DNA of 64,000 nucleotides from an uncultured Bacilli bacterium (GTDB lineage Bacteria; Bacillota_I; Bacilli_A; RF39; UBA660): NCBI GenBank assembly GCA_944351765.1, contig CALVPR010000001.1, positions 1,591 to 65,590 of the forward strand, read 5' to 3'. Shown piece by piece: positions 29,110 to 39,064 of this stretch (position 1 is its first letter; each line of letters starts with the position of its first letter). The notes under the pieces were generated by a model. It saw only the letters and a program-made list of their open reading frames with translations, ran no database searches and was not told where the DNA came from. The position numbers and the translations under genes were made by a program.

Positions 29110-30069
29110 CTACTTATTCAACATTTTTTTTAATTTAAGAATTTTTTTAGATAAATAACTCATACCATTATAATTTAAAAACGCAATTATTTTTCTATTT
29201 CTAGGAATTTTTTTATAAAAATCTTGTTTTCTATAATCTGAAATATTTTGATGGCAATATTTTATTAATTCCTTTAATACTTTTTTCTTATCTTTATTCT
29301 TTTGTTCAGACACCCTATTAATTGTTGTAATTAATAAATGATGAAATATTATAAATGAAATAATATTTTTATTATAAACATCTTTCTTTTTAGAATATTC
29401 TATTAAGTCATCAATTACAGTTATCATATCTAAATTTTTTAAAGAGTTGTTATTGTTCATAGTAGAAATGTGTCCACAATTACAATGATAAAATCCTTCA
29501 CTAATAATAGAAATTTTAGGATTACTTAATAATATTTTAGTAGTAAAATTTAAGTCTTCATACCATACATTTTTTAAAAATCGTAAATCACCTATAATTT
29601 CTCTTTTAAAAATTTTATTACACGCTGATGGTGTAACACTGTAAATTGAATCATAAACAGTACAATTGTGATATATATTTTTATCAGGATAATGGTCAAC
29701 CATATCACAAATTACTATATCACTCTTTTCTTTTTGTGCTTTATTATACATTTTTTCTAGGGCATCACTATCTAACCAATCATCACTATCCACAAAACAA
29801 ATATACTCCCCTTTTACATGCTTTAATCCAAAATTTCTAGTATCAGATAATCCACCATTTTCTTTTATAAAACTCTTTACTTTATCAGGATATTGTTTTA
29901 CATATTCATCAATTATTTTTTGACTATTATCAGGGCTTCCATCGTTAACCACTATTATTTCGATATCTTCAAGTGTTTGATTTACTAAACTATCTAAACA
30001 TTTATCAATATATTTTTCTACATTGTATACAGGAACTATTACACTAACTTTCATATTAATTTTCTCCAT
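29110..30069 (-). CDS. GT2 family glycosyltransferase (paralog 2)
   Basis: VSVIVPVYNVEKYIDKCLDSLVNQ...IVVNDGSPDNS; DSDD motif; N-terminal ~45 aa nearly identical to paralog 1. Confidence 0.8.
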   Translation of the reverse strand: MEKINMKVSVIVPVYNVEKYIDKCLDSLVNQTLEDIEIIVVNDGSPDNSQKIIDEYVKQYPDKVKSFIKENGGLSDTRNFGLKHVKGEYICFVDSDDWLDSDALEKMYNKAQKEKSDIVICDMVDHYPDKNIYHNCTVYDSIYSVTPSACNKIFKREIIGDLRFLKNVWYEDLNFTTKILLSNPKISIISEGFYHCNCGHISTMNNNNSLKNLDMITVIDDLIEYSKKKDVYNKNIISFIIFHHLLITTINRVSEQKNKDKKKVLKELIKYCHQNISDYRKQDFYKKIPRNRKIIAFLNYNGMSYLSKKILKLKKMLNK

Positions 30070-31816
30070 ATTCTTTTTTCAAATCTAAAAACAAAGTTTT
30101 AATTATATCAATTTCTTTGCAAATTTTATTCATTATATCTTTGCTATCTTTCAAATTATTATTTTCATACGGATCATTTTTCAAATCATAAATTTCAGTG
30201 ATATTATCAAAATTAAAATTTTCACTAATTTTAACTTCTACAAAAACAGAATAATTATCAGTTCTAACTCCCAATTTTACTGGTCTTCTTTTAATATCAG
30301 GACATCCTCCACCCATGTATTCTAATATCGCATGATCATCACCATCATATTTAAGTAAGCTTTTTCCCTTAAAATTACTAGGTATTTTTATTTTAACTAA
30401 GTCTAAAATAGTAGCAGGGATATCTTTATTCATACAATATCCACTTATTTTTTTAGGTTTTACATTTTTTCCATATATCAAAAACGGAACATTATAATTT
30501 TCTTTATAATTGGTTAAAACATATTTTTCTCTAACTGGTGAAAAATAATATGAAAAGCCATGGTCTGCAGTTATTACAACAATAGTATCATCCATTAATT
30601 TTTCTTTTTCTAAAAATTCAAATATACCTTTTATCACATTATCACAATATGATAAAGATAAATCATACGCTATACTTCCTTTATAGTTTTTAGGTAAATT
30701 TTTAACATATTTTTCTGCTCTTTTCATATCTTCATCAATAATTTTTTCATCATTAGTGTCATAAGTAAAAAATATTTCTGGAAAATGTGCATCATCTATA
30801 TGTATATAAGTTAACCAATTATCTTCTTTATTTTTTTCTACCCATTTAAAGAATTCTTGAGAAACCGTATAAAAAGATCTTTGTACTTTAAAGCAATCAT
30901 AATTTTCATCAATTCTACCAAATAAATCTTTATCAAACAAAGAGTTTTTATAACCTGCTAAAAGTCCTTTAACAGTAGTATAATCTCGTTTTTTTAGACT
31001 TTTTATAAATTTTTTATATGGAAATTTATTATTGACCAAGTTTCTTGTAAAGTCTTTTTTCTTGATATCTTTAAATACATATCTATACTTTTTCATTATT
31101 TTTTGCCTAAATTCGTCATCATGTACTTTATCTGTCATTTTATATGTTTTTATTTTAAATAATACATGTTCTCCATTAGATGAAAACAATGACATTAAAT
31201 ATTTACTTTTATTCTTTATAAATTTAGAATATTCATCCTTTAATGTTTCTACATCTTTTTTCATACCTTCTAAATTGACACAATCATTTAACATTACCGT
31301 CTCTTTATCTTTATTTAATAATTTTTCTAAATACAATATCCAATGTTTAAAATTATCTTCCATTAAAAACTCTAGCATTTTATTTTCTTCTTCAGTAGTT
31401 TCTCCATTAATATATAATTTAGAAAAATATTCAAATCTATAATCCCATAGATGCATAAATTGAAATCCCTCTATATATAAGATTTCATCAAAATCTCTAA
31501 CCATATATGAAGGACAAATACTAGGATAATAATTACAATATAATGTTTTATATCCATTTTCTTTGAAATATTTAGAAAAATTATCTATATTTTTAAACTT
31601 CTCCATGTATCCGCCATTATCCATCGTATTAGCAGATGCTAACAAAGACATTAATGCAGCTTCTGTAAACGGAGCCTCTGAATACATTTTATCTCCGGAA
31701 ATACTTTTTTTCCTAAGGTTATTTAAAAAAGGAGCTATATCAGAAGAATTATCTTTATTAAACAAAATATCATTCGTAACAGAATCAATTACAATAAATA
31801 AAACATTTTTTTTCAT
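30056..31816 (-). CDS. Sulfatase-family (alkaline phosphatase superfamily) hydrolase/transferase, no N-terminal TM
   Basis: N-terminal NVLFIVIDSV and C-terminal IVVITADHGFSYY core motifs of sulfatase/LtaS/phosphotransferase family. Confidence 0.65.
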   Translation of the reverse strand: MKKNVLFIVIDSVTNDILFNKDNSSDIAPFLNNLRKKSISGDKMYSEAPFTEAALMSLLASANTMDNGGYMEKFKNIDNFSKYFKENGYKTLYCNYYPSICPSYMVRDFDEILYIEGFQFMHLWDYRFEYFSKLYINGETTEEENKMLEFLMEDNFKHWILYLEKLLNKDKETVMLNDCVNLEGMKKDVETLKDEYSKFIKNKSKYLMSLFSSNGEHVLFKIKTYKMTDKVHDDEFRQKIMKKYRYVFKDIKKKDFTRNLVNNKFPYKKFIKSLKKRDYTTVKGLLAGYKNSLFDKDLFGRIDENYDCFKVQRSFYTVSQEFFKWVEKNKEDNWLTYIHIDDAHFPEIFFTYDTNDEKIIDEDMKRAEKYVKNLPKNYKGSIAYDLSLSYCDNVIKGIFEFLEKEKLMDDTIVVITADHGFSYYFSPVREKYVLTNYKENYNVPFLIYGKNVKPKKISGYCMNKDIPATILDLVKIKIPSNFKGKSLLKYDGDDHAILEYMGGGCPDIKRRPVKLGVRTDNYSVFVEVKISENFNFDNITEIYDLKNDPYENNNLKDSKDIMNKICKEIDIIKTLFLDLKKEYGEN

Positions 31817-31824
31817 ATTATCAC

Positions 31825-32880
31825 CTACTCAAATTCTACAGTTTTCTTAACATCATTATTTATTTCATATGGAAAATCATATAAATATTTTTTTAATTCT
31901 TTTTCTATTATTTTTGTTTCTTCTATATATTCTTCTTTTCTAAATAATTGTGTATTTTTAATAGATATATCAGGATTAAATCTTGTTCTTTTATTGATAT
32001 GATCTTTTTTAGTAAATCCTAAAAATTTAGTTATTTTTTCAATTTCTTCATCATAATTATAAACTAAATCCTCAAATTTAACTCTATACACTTTGTTAGA
32101 ATCCGTTGGGAGTTCGCTTTCTCTCATATTTTTATAAAATTTACAAAACTCATGCACATCAAGTGGAACCGGAACACATATCTGTTTTTCTTGCCAAATA
32201 TATTTATTTATTATAAAAACATCTCTAGGATCTCTTTCTACTGCAATAACCTTTAATTTATCATCAAAATAATTATCAACTCTATGCAAATTAAATGGCA
32301 ATAAAAACTGATCAATTATTACATTATCTTTACCCTTCCCAATTTCTTTTACTACACTATATATATATTCGTGAGAAAATTTATAAAACTCATCAGGTTT
32401 TATAAAAGATATTCTCATACCATCTTTATATTTTAAAATTTTATTAAATTTTACTTTATTAAAAGTTAAAATTTTTAACGGTTTTCTTAATAATAGTTTT
32501 AAAAACATTTTAGTATCTACTTCTTCGTGCATATACCAATACCCATAAAATTTAAACTGCTCTATATTTGAAATAAATTTATCAGTTATATTTTTAAAAT
32601 TTGGTCCTATTATTTTTTCATAGTTTCCTACCCACCAAAATTTTTTATTATATAGTTTATTCATTTGAATCTCAAAACTTCTTATTGCTTCATCACTCCT
32701 AATAGCATTATTACCTATTAATAGTTTATCTTCTAAATCGAAAAGTCCATTTGGGCAATGTAATAAAACATATTCATAACTTTTGTGTTCATTTTGACAG
32801 TCTTTAAATTCTGATATTAAATCAGTCACAGCAGAAGATCCTGAACCCATATAACCAGTTGGTACAATTATTCTTTTCAT
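31825..32880 (-). CDS. Sulfotransferase family protein (P-loop, PAPS-dependent type)
   Basis: N-terminal 5'-PSB-like VPTGYMGSGSSAVTDLI and 3'-PB-like VERDPRDVFI (RDPRD) motifs characteristic of Sulfotransfer_3/Stf0-type enzymes. Confidence 0.55.
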   Translation of the reverse strand: MKRIIVPTGYMGSGSSAVTDLISEFKDCQNEHKSYEYVLLHCPNGLFDLEDKLLIGNNAIRSDEAIRSFEIQMNKLYNKKFWWVGNYEKIIGPNFKNITDKFISNIEQFKFYGYWYMHEEVDTKMFLKLLLRKPLKILTFNKVKFNKILKYKDGMRISFIKPDEFYKFSHEYIYSVVKEIGKGKDNVIIDQFLLPFNLHRVDNYFDDKLKVIAVERDPRDVFIINKYIWQEKQICVPVPLDVHEFCKFYKNMRESELPTDSNKVYRVKFEDLVYNYDEEIEKITKFLGFTKKDHINKRTRFNPDISIKNTQLFRKEEYIEETKIIEKELKKYLYDFPYEINNDVKKTVEFE

Positions 32881-34340
32881 AAATTACTCCTATCTATTTT
32901 TTTTAAAAATTTAGTTAATATAAACATTAAATTATTATCCTTCTTTATATAAAGAACAGTAAAATAAGTCAGACAACAAATTATTATAATTAATGTTAGT
33001 GTAATTAAAAATCCTAAATTTAACATTCTAACTAATAAAGATATTGGAATAAATAATATTCCTAACAATATATACAAAGTATTGTTTTTAGAAAAAACAT
33101 TTACATTAATTTTTAATATTTTTTTACTATACCTATAATGGAGTATAAACACTAATAATTCAGATAATCCCGTTGTAATTAAAGCTGTACTTGGATTAAA
33201 CACATCAAATAATACTAATAAATAATTTAATATTAAATTAAGAATACCACATCCTAAAGATATTTTTACAATTCTATTTTCTAAATCATTCGGATACAAT
33301 ACTAAATTATTCATAACAGACTCTAAACTTATAAATAATCTTATAATACATGCAATCATTAAAGGGATAATTGCACTTATATATTTATCGCCCGCATATA
33401 GCAAAATAACTTCTTTTGCTACAACAAAAACTCCTAAACAAATTGGAACAATTATAAATAATAGTGATGATATTGAATTATTTAATTTTTCTTGATACTC
33501 ACCTTTACTACCATTTTTTAATAGATATGATAATCTAGGAATAGACACTATAATTATTGAATAAGGAATAGAAACCAGTGTAGAAACTATATAATATGGT
33601 ATATAATATACTGTAACTGATACATCATTTACATATTTCCCTAACATTACTCTATCTAATTGACTAAACAACAAATCTATATTTGTAATTAATAAAACCG
33701 CTATTAAAGGTTTTATATATTTCTTTATTTTTATTGAAGAAAAATCAAATTTAATTTTATTTTTAGCATATATAAAACTTATAATATTATTTAAAAATAC
33801 CGTTAAACAAATAATTATTGAATACATTACTATATCATCAGGTTTTCTTACCAATAAAAGAAGTGAAACAAAATAAACTATTTTTGTTATTACTGATTTT
33901 ATCGTTATAAATTTATAATTTTCTAAAGCTTCATTAACAAATTCAATATAAAATATATTAGCAAATATTTGAATTACCATTATTAAATATATAGTAGTAG
34001 CAATACCACTCGAATTTAAAAAACTATATATTACATAGATAATTAATACTAATAAATTAGAAAGTAAAGATATAAAAAACAAATTACTAAACAGTTGTGA
34101 TACTTTTTTCTTATCATCTCGCACTTTGCTTATTTCTCTTATTCCATAGTTATATACACCAAAAGATGCAAACGCTAAAAATATTTGAAATTCAGAATAT
34201 ACTCTGTTATATGTTCCATATAAATCAACATCTAAAAGTCTTACTATATATGGTCCTATTATTAAAGGAATTACAATATTAACAAAACTTAATATTGATT
34301 TATATATAGTATTTTTAAATAATGTATTTTTTTTACTCAT
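32877..34340 (-). CDS. wzx: Wzx-type oligosaccharide flippase (MOP/polysaccharide biosynthesis protein family)
   Basis: 487 aa, ~14 TM, N-terminal KNTIYKSILSFVNIVIPLIIGPYIVRLL typical of Wzx/RfbX. Confidence 0.7.
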   Translation of the reverse strand: MSKKNTLFKNTIYKSILSFVNIVIPLIIGPYIVRLLDVDLYGTYNRVYSEFQIFLAFASFGVYNYGIREISKVRDDKKKVSQLFSNLFFISLLSNLLVLIIYVIYSFLNSSGIATTIYLIMVIQIFANIFYIEFVNEALENYKFITIKSVITKIVYFVSLLLLVRKPDDIVMYSIIICLTVFLNNIISFIYAKNKIKFDFSSIKIKKYIKPLIAVLLITNIDLLFSQLDRVMLGKYVNDVSVTVYYIPYYIVSTLVSIPYSIIIVSIPRLSYLLKNGSKGEYQEKLNNSISSLLFIIVPICLGVFVVAKEVILLYAGDKYISAIIPLMIACIIRLFISLESVMNNLVLYPNDLENRIVKISLGCGILNLILNYLLVLFDVFNPSTALITTGLSELLVFILHYRYSKKILKINVNVFSKNNTLYILLGILFIPISLLVRMLNLGFLITLTLIIIICCLTYFTVLYIKKDNNLMFILTKFLKKIDRSNL

Positions 34341-34437
34341 GATAACACTTCCAATACTATTAATATTTTATCATATATTTTCTTATTTATAAAGAAATTG
34401 ACAAAAATTTCACATAAAATAAAAATTATAGTTATTA

Positions 34438-36249
34438 CTAACTATAAAATTCTTTAATACTTTTCAATAAATATTTATTTTCTTCTGAATTTTTTATTGC
34501 TATTCTAATATATTCACCATCAGAAAAACCGTTTTTTCCATTTAATACTTTTATTAAAATGTTTTTCTTTTCTAATAAAAACTCTGCTAATTCATTTGCT
34601 CGTCCATTTTTTAATTTACACATAAAATAATTTGCTTGAGACGTATAAACTTTTAGTTGGTTTATTTCACTTAATTCACTATAAAATCTCTTTCTTTCTG
34701 TTTTTATCATTTCACAAGCACTAATATAATCTTTTTTATATAAAGGTATTATTTGTAAAAAATACTCTCCAAATGAATTTATATTCCATACTGGTAAACT
34801 TTCTTTTAGAATTTTTATATATTCTTGATTACCGGTTGCTAAAATTCCCAATCTAAGTCCGGGAACACCATAAGACTTACTAATACTTTTAATAACAATT
34901 AAATTAGGATATTTATTAAGTATTTCATCGTCAATTAACGAATAACTATCGTTTGCAAAATCCATGAAAGACTCATCAAAAACAATTTGCTTATTGTTAT
35001 TTTTAGCATAATCTAATAAATCTATTATTTCGTCATAAGTCAAACAATCGCCACTAGGATTATCCGGAGATATTATTATTAAACTTTCTACATCGTTTAA
35101 CTTTTCTTTCATCTTATCAACATTCAATTGATAATCATCCAAATTTGTATATATATATTCTATTTGATTATTCGGGAAACATCTTACATATTCATTAAAA
35201 GATGGTATCGATAAACAAATTTTACCTTTTATGATATATTTTAGATTATTAATTAACTCTGCTGCGCCATTACCTATTAAAACATTATTTTCACTTACGT
35301 TATTAAACATTCTAGAAGCACATATAGTTTGTACTTTTTGACCTGATGGATAATTAATAAGAAGATCATTATAGAAATATTTCATTTTTTCTAACATTTG
35401 TGAAGTAGGAAAATATGGATTAACAAGATAACAATAATCTTTAAGATTATTAAATCTCCAATATCCACCAAATCGTTTATTAAATAATTTTAATTTTTCA
35501 GTAGTATTTTCAGCAAATAATGCCTTGGCTATATCTAAATCTTGTGCATCATCAATTTCATACCAAGTTTCATCCGATAGAACATATCCAAACAAATTAA
35601 CATCATTGAATCCTGTAATAACCTTTAAAACTAATTCATAATACTCATTATTTCCAAAAGATTTCATATACGACTCCAAAAATGGAACATAAAATCTTTC
35701 AGAAAACTTTCTATTAAACTTATAAATATTTACAGTTTTATAGTAACTATCTACTTTTTTATAATCAAAGTCTTTTTTTTCTATAAATTTTGTTATTATA
35801 TTGTTATCATCTAATTCTACTACTGTACCGTCCATCCATTGTTCATATTTAGCTAATACAGCTGCATTGTTATTATTATCATCAACTAAATTTTTAATAA
35901 TATTTTCATTGTATATAATATCAGATTCCAATAAAATAGTATCATCTTCAATAAGATAATTTCTTGCTAAATATAAAGAATAAATATTATTAGTACTTTC
36001 ATACATATCGTTATCAATATATATAATTTCTATCTTTTTATCTAACTTTTTATCTTTTATAAATTGCTTTACATTATTTTTTTTATATCCCAATACTAAA
36101 ATAATTTTTTTTATATTTGCCTTACACAATGCATCAATTGTTCTTTCTAATAACGTTTTACCGTTAATTTCTAACATACATTTTGTATTATCTTTTGTAT
36201 ATTTTCCTAATCTTGAGCCTTTTCCAGCTGCTAACATAACTGCTTGCAT
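34438..36249 (-). CDS. Bifunctional fusion: sugar/phospho-alcohol nucleotidyltransferase (LicC/IspD-like) + class I/II PLP aminotransferase/decarboxylase (HisC/CobD-like)
   Basis: N-term MQAVMLAAGKGSRLG (NTP-transferase G-loop); C-term IISPDNPSGD...KSISKSYGVPGLRLGIL (PLP-Lys region of HisC/CobD family); 603 aa. Confidence 0.65.
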   Translation of the reverse strand: MQAVMLAAGKGSRLGKYTKDNTKCMLEINGKTLLERTIDALCKANIKKIILVLGYKKNNVKQFIKDKKLDKKIEIIYIDNDMYESTNNIYSLYLARNYLIEDDTILLESDIIYNENIIKNLVDDNNNNAAVLAKYEQWMDGTVVELDDNNIITKFIEKKDFDYKKVDSYYKTVNIYKFNRKFSERFYVPFLESYMKSFGNNEYYELVLKVITGFNDVNLFGYVLSDETWYEIDDAQDLDIAKALFAENTTEKLKLFNKRFGGYWRFNNLKDYCYLVNPYFPTSQMLEKMKYFYNDLLINYPSGQKVQTICASRMFNNVSENNVLIGNGAAELINNLKYIIKGKICLSIPSFNEYVRCFPNNQIEYIYTNLDDYQLNVDKMKEKLNDVESLIIISPDNPSGDCLTYDEIIDLLDYAKNNNKQIVFDESFMDFANDSYSLIDDEILNKYPNLIVIKSISKSYGVPGLRLGILATGNQEYIKILKESLPVWNINSFGEYFLQIIPLYKKDYISACEMIKTERKRFYSELSEINQLKVYTSQANYFMCKLKNGRANELAEFLLEKKNILIKVLNGKNGFSDGEYIRIAIKNSEENKYLLKSIKEFYS

Positions 36250-36432
36250 ATTTTACACCTCTTCTAAATTAAATATTTGTTATTATGTATATTTTTTTTA
36301 AATTTCAATATTTGTTATATATAATTATATTCACATACCTATTGTATCACCTTAGTTAAATCAAATCAATACAATCAAATGAAAATATAAAATCTGGTTT
36401 TTGTATTTTCACATAATTTTATTACTCTTATT

Positions 36433-36948
36433 TTAAGAAGCACCCTCTTCCTTAAAACTTATATCCTCCACATACTCATTTACATATAAACTACCATCTT
36501 TTAAACTAATACTTGGTGAATACTCATACACTTTATTATTTTGTTTTATTTCTATTATAATATTAGGAATTATATCAGAAACATTACATTTTAATATAAA
36601 TGGTTTATTAGTACTAGCAATTAATTTATCTTTAACAATATCCGCTTCTTCCATAACTGCTGTATATATATTCATTGTGACATTTTTATAAATAGGCATT
36701 ATAAAATATAATTCATCACCATTTGTTTCATAAAATTCAAAATCTTCATTAAAATATTTTTCTTTTACATCACTTTCTGAATTAATTATAGAGGCCGCTA
36801 TTAATTTATCAGTATCTTTATCTATTTTTAATTCTTCCGCATATTTAGTTATTCCAAATTTATTATTTAACACATAAAATACAGCCATAAGCACTACTAG
36901 TATAATTCCTATAATTATTAGTTTTTTCTTATTTTTCTTCATACTCAT
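36433..36948 (-). CDS. Hypothetical membrane-anchored protein
   Basis: N-terminal TM then soluble domain; 4-nt overlap with gpmI; no recognised family. Confidence 0.3.
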   Translation of the reverse strand: MSMKKNKKKLIIIGIILVVLMAVFYVLNNKFGITKYAEELKIDKDTDKLIAASIINSESDVKEKYFNEDFEFYETNGDELYFIMPIYKNVTMNIYTAVMEEADIVKDKLIASTNKPFILKCNVSDIIPNIIIEIKQNNKVYEYSPSISLKDGSLYVNEYVEDISFKEEGAS

Positions 36949-38450
36949 TTCCTTTCTATCAAATTATTACCTGTCATTTCTTTAGGTTTATCTATATTCA
37001 TAATATTTAATATAGATACTGCTATATCACCTAACTTACCATCTTTCAAATTAATATTTTTATCAGTAACTATTAATGGTACTAAATTAGTTGTATGTTT
37101 AGTATTCATCTTACCATTTATTTCCATAACCTCACAATTACCATGATCTGCGGTTAAAAATAAAGTATATTTATCTAAAACATTATTTTTTATTAATCTT
37201 CCTATACAACTATCAACGGCTTCAACACCTTTAACTGCAGCATCATAGTTCCCTGTATGTCCTACCATGTCTCCGTTTGCATAATTAAGAACAATTAAGT
37301 CAGGTTCATTATTATTTATCTCTTCAATTAATTTATCAGTTATTTCATAAGCACTCATTTCTGGCTTTAAATCATAAGTAGCAACATGTGAAGATGGAAT
37401 AAGAATTCTTTTACATCCTTTTAAGTCCATTTCCAATCCACCATCAAAGAAATAAGTAACATGAGCATACTTTTCAGTCTCGGCAATTCTAAGTTGGGTT
37501 AATCCTAATTTAGATATATATTCTCCTAATGGATTAATAACAAGTGGAAGTTCAAAAGCATTATCACATATTACTTCATCACTTACCCCCATCATTGTAA
37601 CCATTTTAATATTAGGAATATATTCTCTATCAAAGCCATTAAAATTACTATTTGTAATAGCACTAGGTAATTCTCTTATTCTATCAGGTCTAAAATTAAA
37701 TACTATTATACCATCATTTTCTTTTAAAATTTTACCACCATCTATTACTGATGGAACAATAAATTCATCAGTTATTCCTCTATTTTGCTGTTCTTCCCAA
37801 CACTCTTTAGCACTTTTATATTCTCTACCTTTAGCATTAACAATAGCATCATATGCAAGTTTTACTCTATCATATCTATTATCTCTATCCATTGCATAAT
37901 ATCTACCAGATAAACTCACTATTTTGCCAATACCAAGTTTATTTATTTTATCTTCAAGCATATTTATATATTTAATACCATCATCTGGCATTGTATCTCT
38001 TCCATCTGTAAACATATGAAGATATATGTTATCAATATTATTTGCCTTACACATATCAAGAAGAGCAAATAAATGATTAATAGATGAATGTATTCCTCCA
38101 TCACTAAGAAGCCCCATAATATGCAAGTTACTTCCATTTTCTTTAGTATAATTAATTACATCCAATAACTTTTCATTACTAAAGAACTCTTTTGTTTTAA
38201 TTTGATTATTTATATATTCTAATGATTGATAAACTATCCTGCCTGCTCCTATATTAGTATGTCCTACTTCCGAATTTCCCATTTGTCCTTTGGGCAATCC
38301 TACTTCTTCTCCACTAGCAATTAATTTAGAATGTGGATAATTATTAATTAAATAATCGTAATTAGGAGTCCTAGCATTATAAAAAGCATTTTTATCTATA
38401 TTATCACTAATTCCTACTCCATCCATTATACAAAGTAATACTTTACGCAT
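36945..38450 (-). CDS. gpmI: 2,3-bisphosphoglycerate-independent phosphoglycerate mutase
   Basis: MRKVLLCIMDGVGISDN, catalytic Ser region GNSEVGHTNIGAGR, C-terminal ADHGN; 501 aa. Confidence 0.9.
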   Translation of the reverse strand: MRKVLLCIMDGVGISDNIDKNAFYNARTPNYDYLINNYPHSKLIASGEEVGLPKGQMGNSEVGHTNIGAGRIVYQSLEYINNQIKTKEFFSNEKLLDVINYTKENGSNLHIMGLLSDGGIHSSINHLFALLDMCKANNIDNIYLHMFTDGRDTMPDDGIKYINMLEDKINKLGIGKIVSLSGRYYAMDRDNRYDRVKLAYDAIVNAKGREYKSAKECWEEQQNRGITDEFIVPSVIDGGKILKENDGIIVFNFRPDRIRELPSAITNSNFNGFDREYIPNIKMVTMMGVSDEVICDNAFELPLVINPLGEYISKLGLTQLRIAETEKYAHVTYFFDGGLEMDLKGCKRILIPSSHVATYDLKPEMSAYEITDKLIEEINNNEPDLIVLNYANGDMVGHTGNYDAAVKGVEAVDSCIGRLIKNNVLDKYTLFLTADHGNCEVMEINGKMNTKHTTNLVPLIVTDKNINLKDGKLGDIAVSILNIMNIDKPKEMTGNNLIERK

Positions 38451-38548
38451 ATTATCACCAACTTAATTATATAATATTTTAAACAATATTTAAAGCCATT
38501 TTACAAATTTATCCAAAAAATACTCTTGATATTAATATCAAAAGTATT

Positions 38549-39046
38549 TTAAAACTCTTTACCTTGCTTAATAGATTTAAAATCTACATAATAATCCTTA
38601 TCTAAAATATAAACATCTACATAATATAAATCATTTCGTATATATCCACCATTTAAACAAGTATCTCTTACAAATTTAGTATTAGCAATATTTTCTATTT
38701 TCTTCACAATACCATTAATTTCTACTTCTACTGAATAATATATTCTTCCATTAATATAATCTCCATTTATTTTAACTAATTTCCCTTTAGTTTTTTGACC
38801 TTTAGTCATTATCTTGCTATTTTTACTTTTTTTGGCAAATGTATTTAAAAGCAAAAAAGTACATACTATTACTCCTATTATACTAAATACAGTTATTCCA
38901 ATATTGTAATATACTTGTTCAATATTTATTTGCAATACTGATTCCACTATATTAAAGAAAAAATACGCAACCACTATAAAAAAGATAAAAAAGATAAATG
39001 TTGATATTACATTAAAGTAATTTTCATAATTATATTTTATTTTCAT
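38549..39046 (-). CDS. Hypothetical membrane protein
   Basis: 2 TM N-terminal region plus C-terminal soluble part; no family recognised. Confidence 0.3.
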   Translation of the reverse strand: MKIKYNYENYFNVISTFIFFIFFIVVAYFFFNIVESVLQINIEQVYYNIGITVFSIIGVIVCTFLLLNTFAKKSKNSKIMTKGQKTKGKLVKINGDYINGRIYYSVEVEINGIVKKIENIANTKFVRDTCLNGGYIRNDLYYVDVYILDKDYYVDFKSIKQGKEF

Positions 39047-39064
39047 ATTTTACCACCAATTATA

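Noticed and set aside
31032-31850. Plus-strand ORFs 31032..31442 and 31563..31850
   Set aside because: They are antisense inside the sulfatase-family gene, have no translation signals and are composition-driven.
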